Positions 1-7,992 of a DNA stretch of 29,259 nt are shown here, piece by piece (within the stretch, counting starts at the first letter, position 1; every line of letters starts with the position of its first letter). Both the position numbers and the translations under genes were made by a program. The notes under the pieces were generated by a model. That model had not been told where the DNA came from. It saw nothing but the letters and a program-made list of their open reading frames with translations, and did not search any database. This DNA is from an uncultured bacterium. Lineage in GTDB: Bacteria > Krumholzibacteriota > Krumholzibacteriia > Krumholzibacteriales > Krumholzibacteriaceae. The DNA lies in contig CBDUYR010000031.1 in NCBI GenBank assembly GCA_965371515.1, positions 1 through 29,259 of the forward strand, written 5' to 3'.

Positions 1-1
1 G

Positions 2-325
2 GCCGAGGAAAAGGCCGAGGAAAAACCCGAGAGTAAAGCGAGTGCGGCGGCGGAGAAAAAAGAGGTCGAGAGTGAAGCGAAGGTGGCGGTGGCGGAGAAG
101 GAAGATGCCGAGGAGAAAAAGGAAGATGAGTTCATAAACGATCCGCTCGTGAAGTTCGCCGAGGAAAAGCCCGAGGCTGCCGTGGACGCGGAGCCCGGTT
201 CCGCCGAGGAGAGCGAGGAGCGCCCCGCAAAGATGGTAACGGTCCCGATCGAGCTCACCGAGGAGGAGATACGTAACGAGGTCCCGGTCAAGATCATACT
301 CGATATCAAAGTCCATTCGAGCTGA
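2..325 (+). CDS. C-terminal fragment of a protein with a long acidic Glu/Lys/Ala-rich linker and a short structured C-terminal motif (5' truncated by the window)
   Basis: The frame is open from position 2 (AEEKAEEKPESKASAAAEKKEVESEAK...) to TGA at 323-325. It ends in VTVPIELTEEEIRNEVPVKIILDIKVHSS. Confidence 0.75.
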   Translation, partial: AEEKAEEKPESKASAAAEKKEVESEAKVAVAEKEDAEEKKEDEFINDPLVKFAEEKPEAAVDAEPGSAEESEERPAKMVTVPIELTEEEIRNEVPVKIILDIKVHSS

Positions 326-386
326 TCGGCACCCTGATCGACGGAACAAAAGAACTTGACCGCTGTACAAATTATAACGATGATAT

Positions 387-416
387 AACCGGGATTCGGC
401 TGAATCGCGGTTTTTT
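387..416 (+). terminator. Putative intrinsic terminator downstream of the first gene
   Basis: Hairpin AACCG-G-GATTC-ggct-GAATC-G-CGGTT (one G.G mismatch) running into a T-tract (411-416). Confidence 0.5.
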
Positions 417-430
417 ATACGGGGGAGCCG

Positions 431-793
431 ATGGCAAAGATCCTCATAGTGGACGACGAGATCAACGTCAGGAAACTCTACAGTGAAGAGCTCGAGGGAG
501 AGGGTTATGAGACCGTCTCGGTCGGGACGGTCGCCGAGGCGATCGAATCGGTCGAAAAGGAATCGCCGGACCTGATGATCCTCGACATGAAGCTCGGCGA
601 TGAAAGCGGGCTCGACGCGCTCGTAGAGATCGCCGAGAAGCGCAAGGACCTTCCCGTAATAATCAATTCGGCATATTCGGTCTACAAGGATAACTTCCAG
701 ACGTGGGCGGCCGACGCCTACATCGTCAAGTCTGTCGATCTCACTCCGCTGAAGGAGAAGATCAGGGAACTCCTCGATATCTCCAGTCAGTGA
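431..793 (+). CDS. Single-domain response regulator (CheY-like receiver)
   Basis: KILIVDDE, LMILDMKL (phospho-Asp), PVIINSA and YIVKS receiver motifs. 120 aa with no output domain. SD GGGGGAG upstream. Confidence 0.93.
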   Translation: MAKILIVDDEINVRKLYSEELEGEGYETVSVGTVAEAIESVEKESPDLMILDMKLGDESGLDALVEIAEKRKDLPVIINSAYSVYKDNFQTWAADAYIVKSVDLTPLKEKIRELLDISSQ

Positions 794-801
794 GTCGCGC
801 A

Positions 802-1257
802 ATGAAGAGGCTCTTTGTCATATCGATGATCGCTCTGGTTTCCGCTTCCTGCCCGGCGGCCGCGCAGCAGACGACGACTACCACTCCCGAAGAACAAAGT
901 GTCTTCAGCGACTACCTCAACCCTGTGACATCCGAGACGGGCTTCCTGAGGATTCCCGGTCTCGGATTCCACAGTTCGGTAGGATTTTCCTACGCGTCGT
1001 CGAAAGGTTTCGGCGACATCGGCATGGGTTACTACATGGGACACTTCAGCTACCGTCTCGGCAGCACAGTCATGCTTAACTGGAATGTCGGCGTGGGTTC
1101 GTACATGACCGGCGGCGACGGGATGAACGACTACCAGGTATTCATACCGAACTTCGATCTGACCTGGCGGCCCAGCGATAATGTGATAGTCAGGCTGCAG
1201 TACATCCAGGGCAGCTACCTCAATCCGAATTACTATCATCGCGGATTCGGATTCTGA
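802..1257 (+). CDS. Hypothetical exported protein, probably beta-rich or outer-membrane
   Basis: ATG at 802 gives the signal peptide MKRLFVISMIALVSASCPAAA. The mature part has alternating aromatic/Gly beta-strand patterns and a C-terminal Phe. Confidence 0.7.
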   Translation: MKRLFVISMIALVSASCPAAAQQTTTTTPEEQSVFSDYLNPVTSETGFLRIPGLGFHSSVGFSYASSKGFGDIGMGYYMGHFSYRLGSTVMLNWNVGVGSYMTGGDGMNDYQVFIPNFDLTWRPSDNVIVRLQYIQGSYLNPNYYHRGFGF

Positions 1258-2117
1258 GCCGCAGCTTTCCGGACTTCCCTCTCCAGAGAAAGACTCTCTC
1301 CCGGCTGCAGGAGCACGGCCTGTTCGCTGATCAGCTCCTCGATGTCGTCGTAGCCCCGCGGGCTCTTCAGAGGGCCGAAGAGGATGTAGTCGTAGGCGCC
1401 GAAATGCACCGGGATGACCGCCTTCGCCCTGGTGGCCCAGACCGCCCTGACTGCGCTTCTGCCCGAGAGGTGAGATGTCATGTTGAGGATAGCGATCTCC
1501 GGCTGCCAGGCAGTGCCTATATCGATCATACCCTCGAAATATCCCGTGTCGCCGCTGTAGTAGACCGTCCCGAAAGGTGTTGTGATCACGAAACCGATGG
1601 CGCCGTCCGTCGAGCTCTTTCTCAGGGAAAACCGCCTGCCGGGATGATCTGCCGCGACGGCGACGACCTTTCCATGAGGGTATTCGTACGTATCGCCTGG
1701 ACGCATGATCCTGAATTCCCTTCCGCTCTCTTCCAGATAGCCTGTCACTGTCCACGGGCAGAGTACTATTGCAGAATCGGGGAACATCGCGATCGTTTCC
1801 GTGTCGAGATGATCCATGTGAGCGTGCGATACGAGTATCAGTCTCGTGCCGGCCCTCGACTGAGCGGGAGGGATGGGGATCTTCCGCCTGCGGAAACCAT
1901 ACCTGCCTGCGAAGACCGGGTCCGTGACGATGCCGAACCCTTCGACGTCGATGTAGCAGCAGGCGTGTCCCCAGAATGTGACGTGGTTGCGTGGGGGTGG
2001 GGGGAAGAAGTCCCCGTCCTCCTTCGGGGCGGAGAGCGATGCCGACAGCGGGATCAGCAGGAAAAGGACAACGGATGCAATAGCTGCTGCAGTTCGAGTG
2101 TGCTTCGGTATTTTCAT
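1236..2117 (-). CDS. Exported or membrane-anchored MBL-fold metallo-hydrolase (NAPE-PLD/RomA/UlaG-like)
   Basis: TFWGHACCYI..VTDPVF, SHAHMDHLD (HxHxDH), YYSGDTG and IPVHFG motifs. N-terminal basic plus hydrophobic segment from ATG 2117. Confidence 0.88.
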   Translation of the reverse strand: MKIPKHTRTAAAIASVVLFLLIPLSASLSAPKEDGDFFPPPPRNHVTFWGHACCYIDVEGFGIVTDPVFAGRYGFRRRKIPIPPAQSRAGTRLILVSHAHMDHLDTETIAMFPDSAIVLCPWTVTGYLEESGREFRIMRPGDTYEYPHGKVVAVAADHPGRRFSLRKSSTDGAIGFVITTPFGTVYYSGDTGYFEGMIDIGTAWQPEIAILNMTSHLSGRSAVRAVWATRAKAVIPVHFGAYDYILFGPLKSPRGYDDIEELISEQAVLLQPGESLSLEREVRKAAAQNPNPR

Positions 2118-2154
2118 ATCATGTCGATGATGAAGGTCCGACGGGTCGATAACA

Positions 2155-3558
2155 TCAGTCGAAAGACCAGGTGAAGTAGACCTGGGCCTGGGGGTTCCTT
2201 GACCAGACATCCGGGTAGTCCCTGTAGTAGCGCTGTGAGAAGTAGAGAACATAATCGGCGCCGAGCGTGAACCATTTGCGCAGGGTGAACTCGGTCCTGA
2301 ATCCGACGAAATTATCGAGATGGTCAGCCACCGTCCCGTTGATCGAATGGATCCAGGAGCCCCTGTAGAACGCTCTCAATGCCGTTCTGCTCCCCGCCAT
2401 CAGCCGGTAGTCGACCCAGAACCCGACACCCGGGCCGTAGTCGTACTCCCTGTTGGAGAGGTTGAAATAGTCCGATTTGGAGGCTCCGAGAATGATCCCC
2501 TCGAGGTAGAACTCGAGTTGTGATTCGTACTTTCTCCCTTTGGCGAAGCGGGAAAGGTATGAGGCGGAAAGGCTCTGTCCTCCGTAGGTGTAGGCCTCGT
2601 TGTCGACATATGTGATGTGCATGTTCGCATTGAACTGCTTTGTCTTCGTTTCCGTTTCGCCCAGGTCCCAGCCGCGGAGCAGAGCGTTTATATTGAATAC
2701 ACCCAGTCCGTGCGGCTTGTTATTGAAATTGAGTTGAAAGCTGAAATCGAAGTAGTCGAACGGTTTTCCGTCGACTGTTCCGAGCTTCGTGCCGTATATC
2801 ATTCTCGAAGAGATGAACATCTTCGTGCTGGACGATTTCCACCGGTCCTCAGCGCCGAGTATCCTCAGGCCGAGATTGAAGCTGCCGCCGAAGAAATCGG
2901 GATTCCGGCCGGGCGTGTTCTCATGGACCTCGAACGCCTCTCCGGTGATGAGCCTGTTCACGCCCCGCATCGGGTTGATGGCGAAACCGCCTAATTCGCG
3001 CCAGGTCCTGCCCGAGCCCCTGGCTTTATTGTCTACGACCATGTCAGACAGTCGCCAGAGCGCCTCACCGACAATGATACCGCCGACCGCTGTGGTCACC
3101 CAGTCGTTGTAGGACGGATGATGCGCCTCGCCGGTATATTCCCAGAGCCAGCCGCCGGCGAATGAGAAGACTGACGACTGGTAGAAGTCGTATCCGTTCG
3201 ATTTGGCCGCATTGAAGTACAACGCGCCCTGGTACGGATGGCGGAAGTTGTTCGCGCTGAAGGTGTTGTCGTCCCACTCCATCCCCGCCTCGAGGTTCTC
3301 CTTTATCGTCGCCCACGAGACCTTGAAGCCGTCCCCGTCCGGTTCCATTATGTAGCGCCCGAAGGCGGTCATCACGAGGTTGAATCCCTCCACTTCGAGG
3401 ATGGTTCGCAGGAACCTGTACTTGGTGACATGAAAATCCTCGGGTGTCTTGAGTGAGTCGGGCTTTTCCTGTCCCGGCGCCGAAGCGGCCGGAACTGCGA
3501 TCATGAGCAGAAGAGCTACGGCTGCCTGCATCATCCTTGTGAGATTTGCTGTTTTCAT
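2155..3558 (-). CDS. DUF3943-domain outer-membrane protein
   Basis: Signal peptide, then WDDNTFSANNFRHPYQGALYFNAAKSNG...WEYTGEAHHPSYNDWVTTAVGGIIVGE (DUF3943 pattern). Beta-strand C-terminal half ending VYFTWSFD. Start 3558 chosen from promoter spacing; 3570 and 3588 are alternatives. Confidence 0.8.
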   Translation of the reverse strand: MKTANLTRMMQAAVALLLMIAVPAASAPGQEKPDSLKTPEDFHVTKYRFLRTILEVEGFNLVMTAFGRYIMEPDGDGFKVSWATIKENLEAGMEWDDNTFSANNFRHPYQGALYFNAAKSNGYDFYQSSVFSFAGGWLWEYTGEAHHPSYNDWVTTAVGGIIVGEALWRLSDMVVDNKARGSGRTWRELGGFAINPMRGVNRLITGEAFEVHENTPGRNPDFFGGSFNLGLRILGAEDRWKSSSTKMFISSRMIYGTKLGTVDGKPFDYFDFSFQLNFNNKPHGLGVFNINALLRGWDLGETETKTKQFNANMHITYVDNEAYTYGGQSLSASYLSRFAKGRKYESQLEFYLEGIILGASKSDYFNLSNREYDYGPGVGFWVDYRLMAGSRTALRAFYRGSWIHSINGTVADHLDNFVGFRTEFTLRKWFTLGADYVLYFSQRYYRDYPDVWSRNPQAQVYFTWSFD

Positions 3559-3565
3559 GGCGGTA

Positions 3566-3594
3566 ATCATAGTGTCATCGCAATCCATTGTAAA
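3566..3594 (-). promoter_or_regulatory. Putative sigma70-type promoter for the DUF3943-MBL operon
   Basis: Minus strand TTTACA (3594-3589)-N17-TATGAT (3571-3566), 7 nt before ATG 3558. Confidence 0.55.
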
Positions 3595-3644
3595 GGCAGA
3601 ATCGAATCAGCGCTGTTTTTTTTTACGTTTCTATTTCATATTGC

Positions 3645-3674
3645 TTGCATCATCCGCCGTGGTTGGACTAATAT
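3645..3674 (+). promoter_or_regulatory. Putative sigma70-type promoter for the OMP gene
   Basis: TTGCAT (3645-3650)-N18-TAATAT (3669-3674), 6 nt before ATG 3681. An AT-rich tract lies upstream. Confidence 0.45.
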
Positions 3675-3680
3675 ACGCAC

Positions 3681-4313
3681 ATGAAACGCTTTTTCATCAC
3701 CATCATCACTCTGATCGTCGTACTCGCGTGCTGCCGCGGGAGCGCCGATGCCCTGAAGTACCGGGAGCGTCCGCCCTGGATGGCCAATATCGGGATCGGT
3801 ATCGGAACCGGCACGTTCGACGACATCGACGATACGCAGAGAAAACACCGCGCAGGAGCCGTCCCGCAGATACGTTTCGGACGGATGCTTGGCAGGCATC
3901 TCATGCTGAGCCTCAACTACCAGGGCTGGATTATCGAGTTCGACCGGTACGGCGATGCCGTGCTCGAGGACGCCAAGCTCCGAAGGTCGCTCCAGGATCT
4001 CACACTCGGGCTTGCCTGGTTCCCCGGGAATCCTGAGGGGCCCTGGGGAGGTCTCTACATCAGGGCCGGCGGAGGCCCGGGCTGGGCAGGTACGGCGATC
4101 ATTCCCGTGCACGAGGATGAGGCACAGGAACACGGAGAGAGGCATGACGACTGGGGGACCGCTTACTTCGCCGAGCTCGGATACGAATTCTGGATATCGA
4201 ACAATGCGACAATCGGATTGATCACGAGCTACAACTATTTCGATCTCGACGGCGACATCGTCAAGACAGCCTGGGTCAGTTCAGCCAACCTGACGCTCTC
4301 GCTCTATTTCTGA
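3681..4313 (+). CDS. Outer-membrane beta-barrel protein (small, OmpA/OmpW-like barrel size)
   Basis: Signal peptide MKRFFITIITLIVVLACC...ADA. Amphipathic strands (GLYIRAGGG, FAELGYEFWI). C-terminal beta-signal LTLSLYF. Confidence 0.8.
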   Translation: MKRFFITIITLIVVLACCRGSADALKYRERPPWMANIGIGIGTGTFDDIDDTQRKHRAGAVPQIRFGRMLGRHLMLSLNYQGWIIEFDRYGDAVLEDAKLRRSLQDLTLGLAWFPGNPEGPWGGLYIRAGGGPGWAGTAIIPVHEDEAQEHGERHDDWGTAYFAELGYEFWISNNATIGLITSYNYFDLDGDIVKTAWVSSANLTLSLYF

Positions 4314-4323
4314 TCACGTCCCC

Positions 4324-4344
4324 TGCGGTCGATCTCTGACCGCA
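4324..4344 (+). terminator. Hairpin after the OMP gene, possible terminator
   Basis: TGCGGTC-N7-GACCGCA perfect 7-bp stem, 10 nt after the stop. The U-tract is weak. Confidence 0.35.
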
Positions 4345-4374
4345 AATTTCCGTAAAATATAGTCCCGATGATAC

Positions 4375-4404
4375 TTGACAGGCACCGGCGCCCTGTTCTA
4401 GCCT
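4375..4404 (+). promoter_or_regulatory. Putative sigma70-type promoter of the TPR-wzi-ubiA-uppP unit
   Basis: TTGACA (4375-4380)-N18-TAGCCT (4399-4404). Confidence 0.45.
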
Positions 4405-4450
4405 GTTGCCGGGAGCATGCATCGATCGGATTTCCTTCAGGGGGTAGCGT

Positions 4451-5608
4451 ATGGTTCTGCGCTGGGAGAAGCTTCTCGAATACACAAGGGGTGAGGTGCG
4501 GGAAGAAAGCAGGGAGATCGCCAGGCTGAAAAGGAAATCGTCACTGGGCGAGGCGGATATCGAGGAAGTCCTCGAACTCGCCGGGCTCTATCTCCGAAAA
4601 AGAAACAGCCCCAAAGCGGAGATCTGCCTCCGCGATGTGGTCCTGCACGACGAGGCCGACGAAGAGGAGATACTCGAGGCTTGCGAAATGTTCGAGAGGA
4701 TAGGCAAGTACGATCTCGCCCTGGAGGGGTACAGGCGGATCGACGGGATGGGAGGAGGGGAGGCCTTCCCGCTCTACAGGATGGGAAGGCTCCTCGAGCT
4801 GCAGGGCCGGTTCGACGAGGCTGTCCTGTTGCACAAGAAGGCGATCGAGAGGGAGCCCGACAATCCGGAGTGCTACTATCGACTCGGCGTGTCGTACATG
4901 AAGAGAAACAGGGACGATGAGGCCGAGAAGATGTACCGGCAGGCGATCGCCACCGATCCTACCCATTCGAAATCGTACACGAACCTCGGATACATCCTCG
5001 ATTGCAATGGGCGCCGCAACGCCGCGCTTCAGCAGTACCGCAAGGCCGTGCAGCACAATCCACGCAACGCCGATGCGCATTTCAATCTCGGCGCTCTCTA
5101 CGGCGAGGAAGGGGAAAAGGAGCAGGCGATCAAGGAGTTCAGGATCGGCCTCGAGATCGATCCTTCATCAGTCGAGGGTCACTACAATCTTGGGATGGTG
5201 CTGAAGAAAGAAGGCAGGTTCGACGATGCGGGCAACGAGTTCAGGAAGATCCTCAAACTCGAGAGCGACAATGTAAACGCACTCTACCGTCTCGGAAAAA
5301 TCTACTTCCGCAAGGGTGTCTACGGGAAGTCACTGAAGTATCTCCAGCAGGCTGCGAAGCTGAACCCGGGCAACGACAAGATCCTCTTCTATGTCGGCGA
5401 GTGTTTCAACAGGCTCGAGCAGCCGAAAAAGGCCCTTGAGTTTTTCAAGAAGGTGACCGAGATCAATCCGGACGACTCCAAGGCCTATTTCAGCCTCGGC
5501 ATCTCGTACGAAAAACAGGACGACAAGAGAAAGGCGCGAGAGTGCTACCGTTTGGCAGCCTGCGTATCTCACGAACAAAGCCTGGCAAAGGGACAGATCG
5601 CCGAATGA
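4451..5608 (+). CDS. Tetratricopeptide repeat protein (about 9-10 TPRs, cytoplasmic)
   Basis: Tandem 34-aa units such as YYRLGVSYMKRNRDDEAEKMYRQAIATDP and HFNLGALYGEEGEKEQAIKEFRIGLEIDP. No signal peptide. Confidence 0.92.
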   Translation: MVLRWEKLLEYTRGEVREESREIARLKRKSSLGEADIEEVLELAGLYLRKRNSPKAEICLRDVVLHDEADEEEILEACEMFERIGKYDLALEGYRRIDGMGGGEAFPLYRMGRLLELQGRFDEAVLLHKKAIEREPDNPECYYRLGVSYMKRNRDDEAEKMYRQAIATDPTHSKSYTNLGYILDCNGRRNAALQQYRKAVQHNPRNADAHFNLGALYGEEGEKEQAIKEFRIGLEIDPSSVEGHYNLGMVLKKEGRFDDAGNEFRKILKLESDNVNALYRLGKIYFRKGVYGKSLKYLQQAAKLNPGNDKILFYVGECFNRLEQPKKALEFFKKVTEINPDDSKAYFSLGISYEKQDDKRKARECYRLAACVSHEQSLAKGQIAE

Positions 5609-7140
5609 CGCCCCGCACATCGATCCCCGCAGCCATATTCGTCACTGTCGCGGTCCTTTTCCTGTTACAGGGCCCCGCACATTCGTCCGATGAGACGATA
5701 CCGCCACGAAGCTGGATATATCCCGCGCTCAGGAGTTTCGAGATGCTCGGACTGGTCGATCTCGACCCGGTCTCTCCCTATTCGAGGTCCGAGACGGAGT
5801 TTTACGTTGACCGGATACTCCAGTCGATGAAGTCCGGGGACGTCGATCTCACCCCGCGCCAGGAGTTTCTCCTCGGCAGGTTGCGTGCCGAGTTCCAGGG
5901 GATGGAGAACTCGCCTGAGGACAGGGAGAATCGTCCGATCTGGACCCTCCGGGAGGGGAAACGATTCTTCACGATAGACCTCGCGGCGGGAGGAGCCCTC
6001 GTAAAGCGCGTCGAATATGACGACGGGGAGGCGAACGGACTCGTCATCCCGACGTTTCTCCTCGGGATGAGTGGCGCAGTGACGTTCGAGGCGGACTATA
6101 TCGTAAGGATGGGGCCGGAGAGGGATGGGGAGGAAGAATACACGAGGGTGAAGAACTGGCGCGGCCTTACTTCCGAGTATGAACGGGGGTATGTCGCATT
6201 CGCCGGAAAGAGATGGAGGCTGCAGCTCGGAAGGGACTACATCCAGTGGGGGCCGACCGGCCCGGGCGGACTGCTCATGTCGTCGACGGCGCGTTCGCAC
6301 GATCATCTCGCCTTCGACATATCGATGGGTAGATTCACACTGAGGATGTTCCAGGCCGTCCTCGATTCGTACGCCCCGAGAAGGCTCGCCGGGCACAGGC
6401 TCGAGATCAGGCTGCCGGCGAAGATATATGCCGGCATCAGCGAGACGGTCCTTTATACGAACAGGGATTTCGACTGGGCCTACCTCGTCCCGTTCGGTGC
6501 CTTCTACGCCAATCAGTACAACGAAAAAGAGGACGACAACATCCTCTGGTCGGTCGACCTCAAGGTGCCGGTCACGAAGGGGCTGATCCTGTCGGGCGAA
6601 CTGCTCATCGACGACTTGCAGTACGAGAGCGATCCTCCGGCTCCGGACAAGCTCGGCTGGACGCTGCGTGCCGACGCGCTGATCATGCCCTGGGGACACG
6701 ATATCGAGATGCAGGCTTCGTACAGCAGGATCGACATCCACACCTACTCTCACAAAGACAGCCTTCTGACGGCCTACGTTACGGGAAACGGCGACAAGAA
6801 GGTCAATACGATGATCGGAGACCAGCTCGGGCCCGACGCCGACAGGTGGTTTTTGAGGATATCGACGCCCCTGCATCAGAGGGCGCTTCTCTCGCTGGAG
6901 GGAACCTGGATCAGGAGGGGAGAGGGAAACGACATGAGACAGTGGGAGTGGGGAGAGGATCCCGCCCCTCCGTTTCCCAGCGGCGAAGTTACGGATGAAC
7001 GGATATACGCCGCCGCGCTGACGATCGATCTCGGGCGGGGATCGTTCATCGAGGCGATGGGGGGAATCGCCGCAGTGTCGGGAAGCGGCGATGACAGGGA
7101 CGAGGGATTCGGTCATCTCTCACTCGTCTGGGATTTCTGA
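5605..7140 (+). CDS. Capsule assembly Wzi-family outer-membrane protein
   Basis: Signal peptide and a helical N-terminal region (WIYPALRSFEMLGL...PYSRSE). LGRDYIQWGP..GGLLMS, AGHRLEI, GISETVLY, DDNILWSVD and GELLIDD patterns. C-terminal WDF. ATGA overlap with the TPR stop. Confidence 0.75.
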   Translation: MTPRTSIPAAIFVTVAVLFLLQGPAHSSDETIPPRSWIYPALRSFEMLGLVDLDPVSPYSRSETEFYVDRILQSMKSGDVDLTPRQEFLLGRLRAEFQGMENSPEDRENRPIWTLREGKRFFTIDLAAGGALVKRVEYDDGEANGLVIPTFLLGMSGAVTFEADYIVRMGPERDGEEEYTRVKNWRGLTSEYERGYVAFAGKRWRLQLGRDYIQWGPTGPGGLLMSSTARSHDHLAFDISMGRFTLRMFQAVLDSYAPRRLAGHRLEIRLPAKIYAGISETVLYTNRDFDWAYLVPFGAFYANQYNEKEDDNILWSVDLKVPVTKGLILSGELLIDDLQYESDPPAPDKLGWTLRADALIMPWGHDIEMQASYSRIDIHTYSHKDSLLTAYVTGNGDKKVNTMIGDQLGPDADRWFLRISTPLHQRALLSLEGTWIRRGEGNDMRQWEWGEDPAPPFPSGEVTDERIYAAALTIDLGRGSFIEAMGGIAAVSGSGDDRDEGFGHLSLVWDF

Positions 7141-7961
7141 TGCTGACTCTTCTCAAGACATTTCTGATCATCCGGCCGCACAATATCGCCGCGGCCACCC
7201 TGTCCGTCGCCGCCGGTTATGCCATAGCCGGGGGAGGGAGCCCGTGGCCGGTCGGTCTCCTGCTGTCGACAGCGGTAGCAACGGCGGCGGGTAACGTGAT
7301 AAACGATTTTTATGACCGCGACATAGATTCGATCAACAAGCCGCGCAGGCCGATCCCTTCGGGAGGGGTCACGCCGCGTGCCGCCGCGGCGCTCTACGCC
7401 GCGCTTCTGGTCACCCTCGCTGCATGCATGACCCGGCTGCCGGCCGGGCAGTCGTGGTGGATCGCCGCCTGGGCTGTTCTCCTGCATCTCTATTCGTGGA
7501 AGGCGAAGAGGACGTATCTTGCCGGGAACATCCTCGTAGCGGCCGTGGTGTCGAGCGCTTTCCTGCTGGGAGCGTTCGCCGGGGGGAACACCGTGGTGGG
7601 GACGGTCCCTGCAGTGTTCACGTTCTTCTTCGTGCTTGGCAGGGAGCTGGTCAAGGATACGGAGGACCTTGCGGGCGACCGTGAATGCGGCGCGAGGACG
7701 ATTCCCGCGGTATCGGGCCCCGGCTCTGCACTCACAGCTGCGGCTGTCATCTTCGCGCTGCTGACGATAGCCGTTCCTCTGCCGTACATCAACGGCATCT
7801 ACGGAAAGGGTTACCTCTTCACGATGCTGCTATCGGTCGTGCCGGTTCTTGTTGTATCATGCGCGCTGTGCGCGAAACGCAGGTCGCCGGCTGCCGTGAG
7901 CCTGCTGCTCAAGATAGGTATGTTCTTCGGAGTGGCGGCGTTCTACCTGGGCTCCAGGTAG
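7140..7961 (+). CDS. UbiA-family prenyltransferase, DGGGP synthase (geranylgeranylglycerol-phosphate geranylgeranyltransferase)-like
   Basis: IRPHN, AAGNVINDFYDRDIDSINKPRRPIPSG and GRELVKDTEDLAGD motifs. About 8-9 hydrophobic helices. Confidence 0.82.
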   Translation: MLTLLKTFLIIRPHNIAAATLSVAAGYAIAGGGSPWPVGLLLSTAVATAAGNVINDFYDRDIDSINKPRRPIPSGGVTPRAAAALYAALLVTLAACMTRLPAGQSWWIAAWAVLLHLYSWKAKRTYLAGNILVAAVVSSAFLLGAFAGGNTVVGTVPAVFTFFFVLGRELVKDTEDLAGDRECGARTIPAVSGPGSALTAAAVIFALLTIAVPLPYINGIYGKGYLFTMLLSVVPVLVVSCALCAKRRSPAAVSLLLKIGMFFGVAAFYLGSR

Positions 7962-7992
7962 TGGGACGCCTGCTGGGAAAAAGGACAGTTTA

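Noticed and set aside
1236..2117. MBL-fold gene as an antibiotic-resistance beta-lactamase
   Set aside because: The motif context (GHA..., TDPVF, SGDTG, PVHFG) fits the UlaG/NAPE-PLD-like hydrolases, not class B beta-lactamases.
3616..3624. T9 homopolymer between the divergent promoters as a phase-variation tract
   Set aside because: It is short and lies outside both -35/-10 spacers, so it is more simply an AT-rich UP-like element. There is no evidence of length variation.
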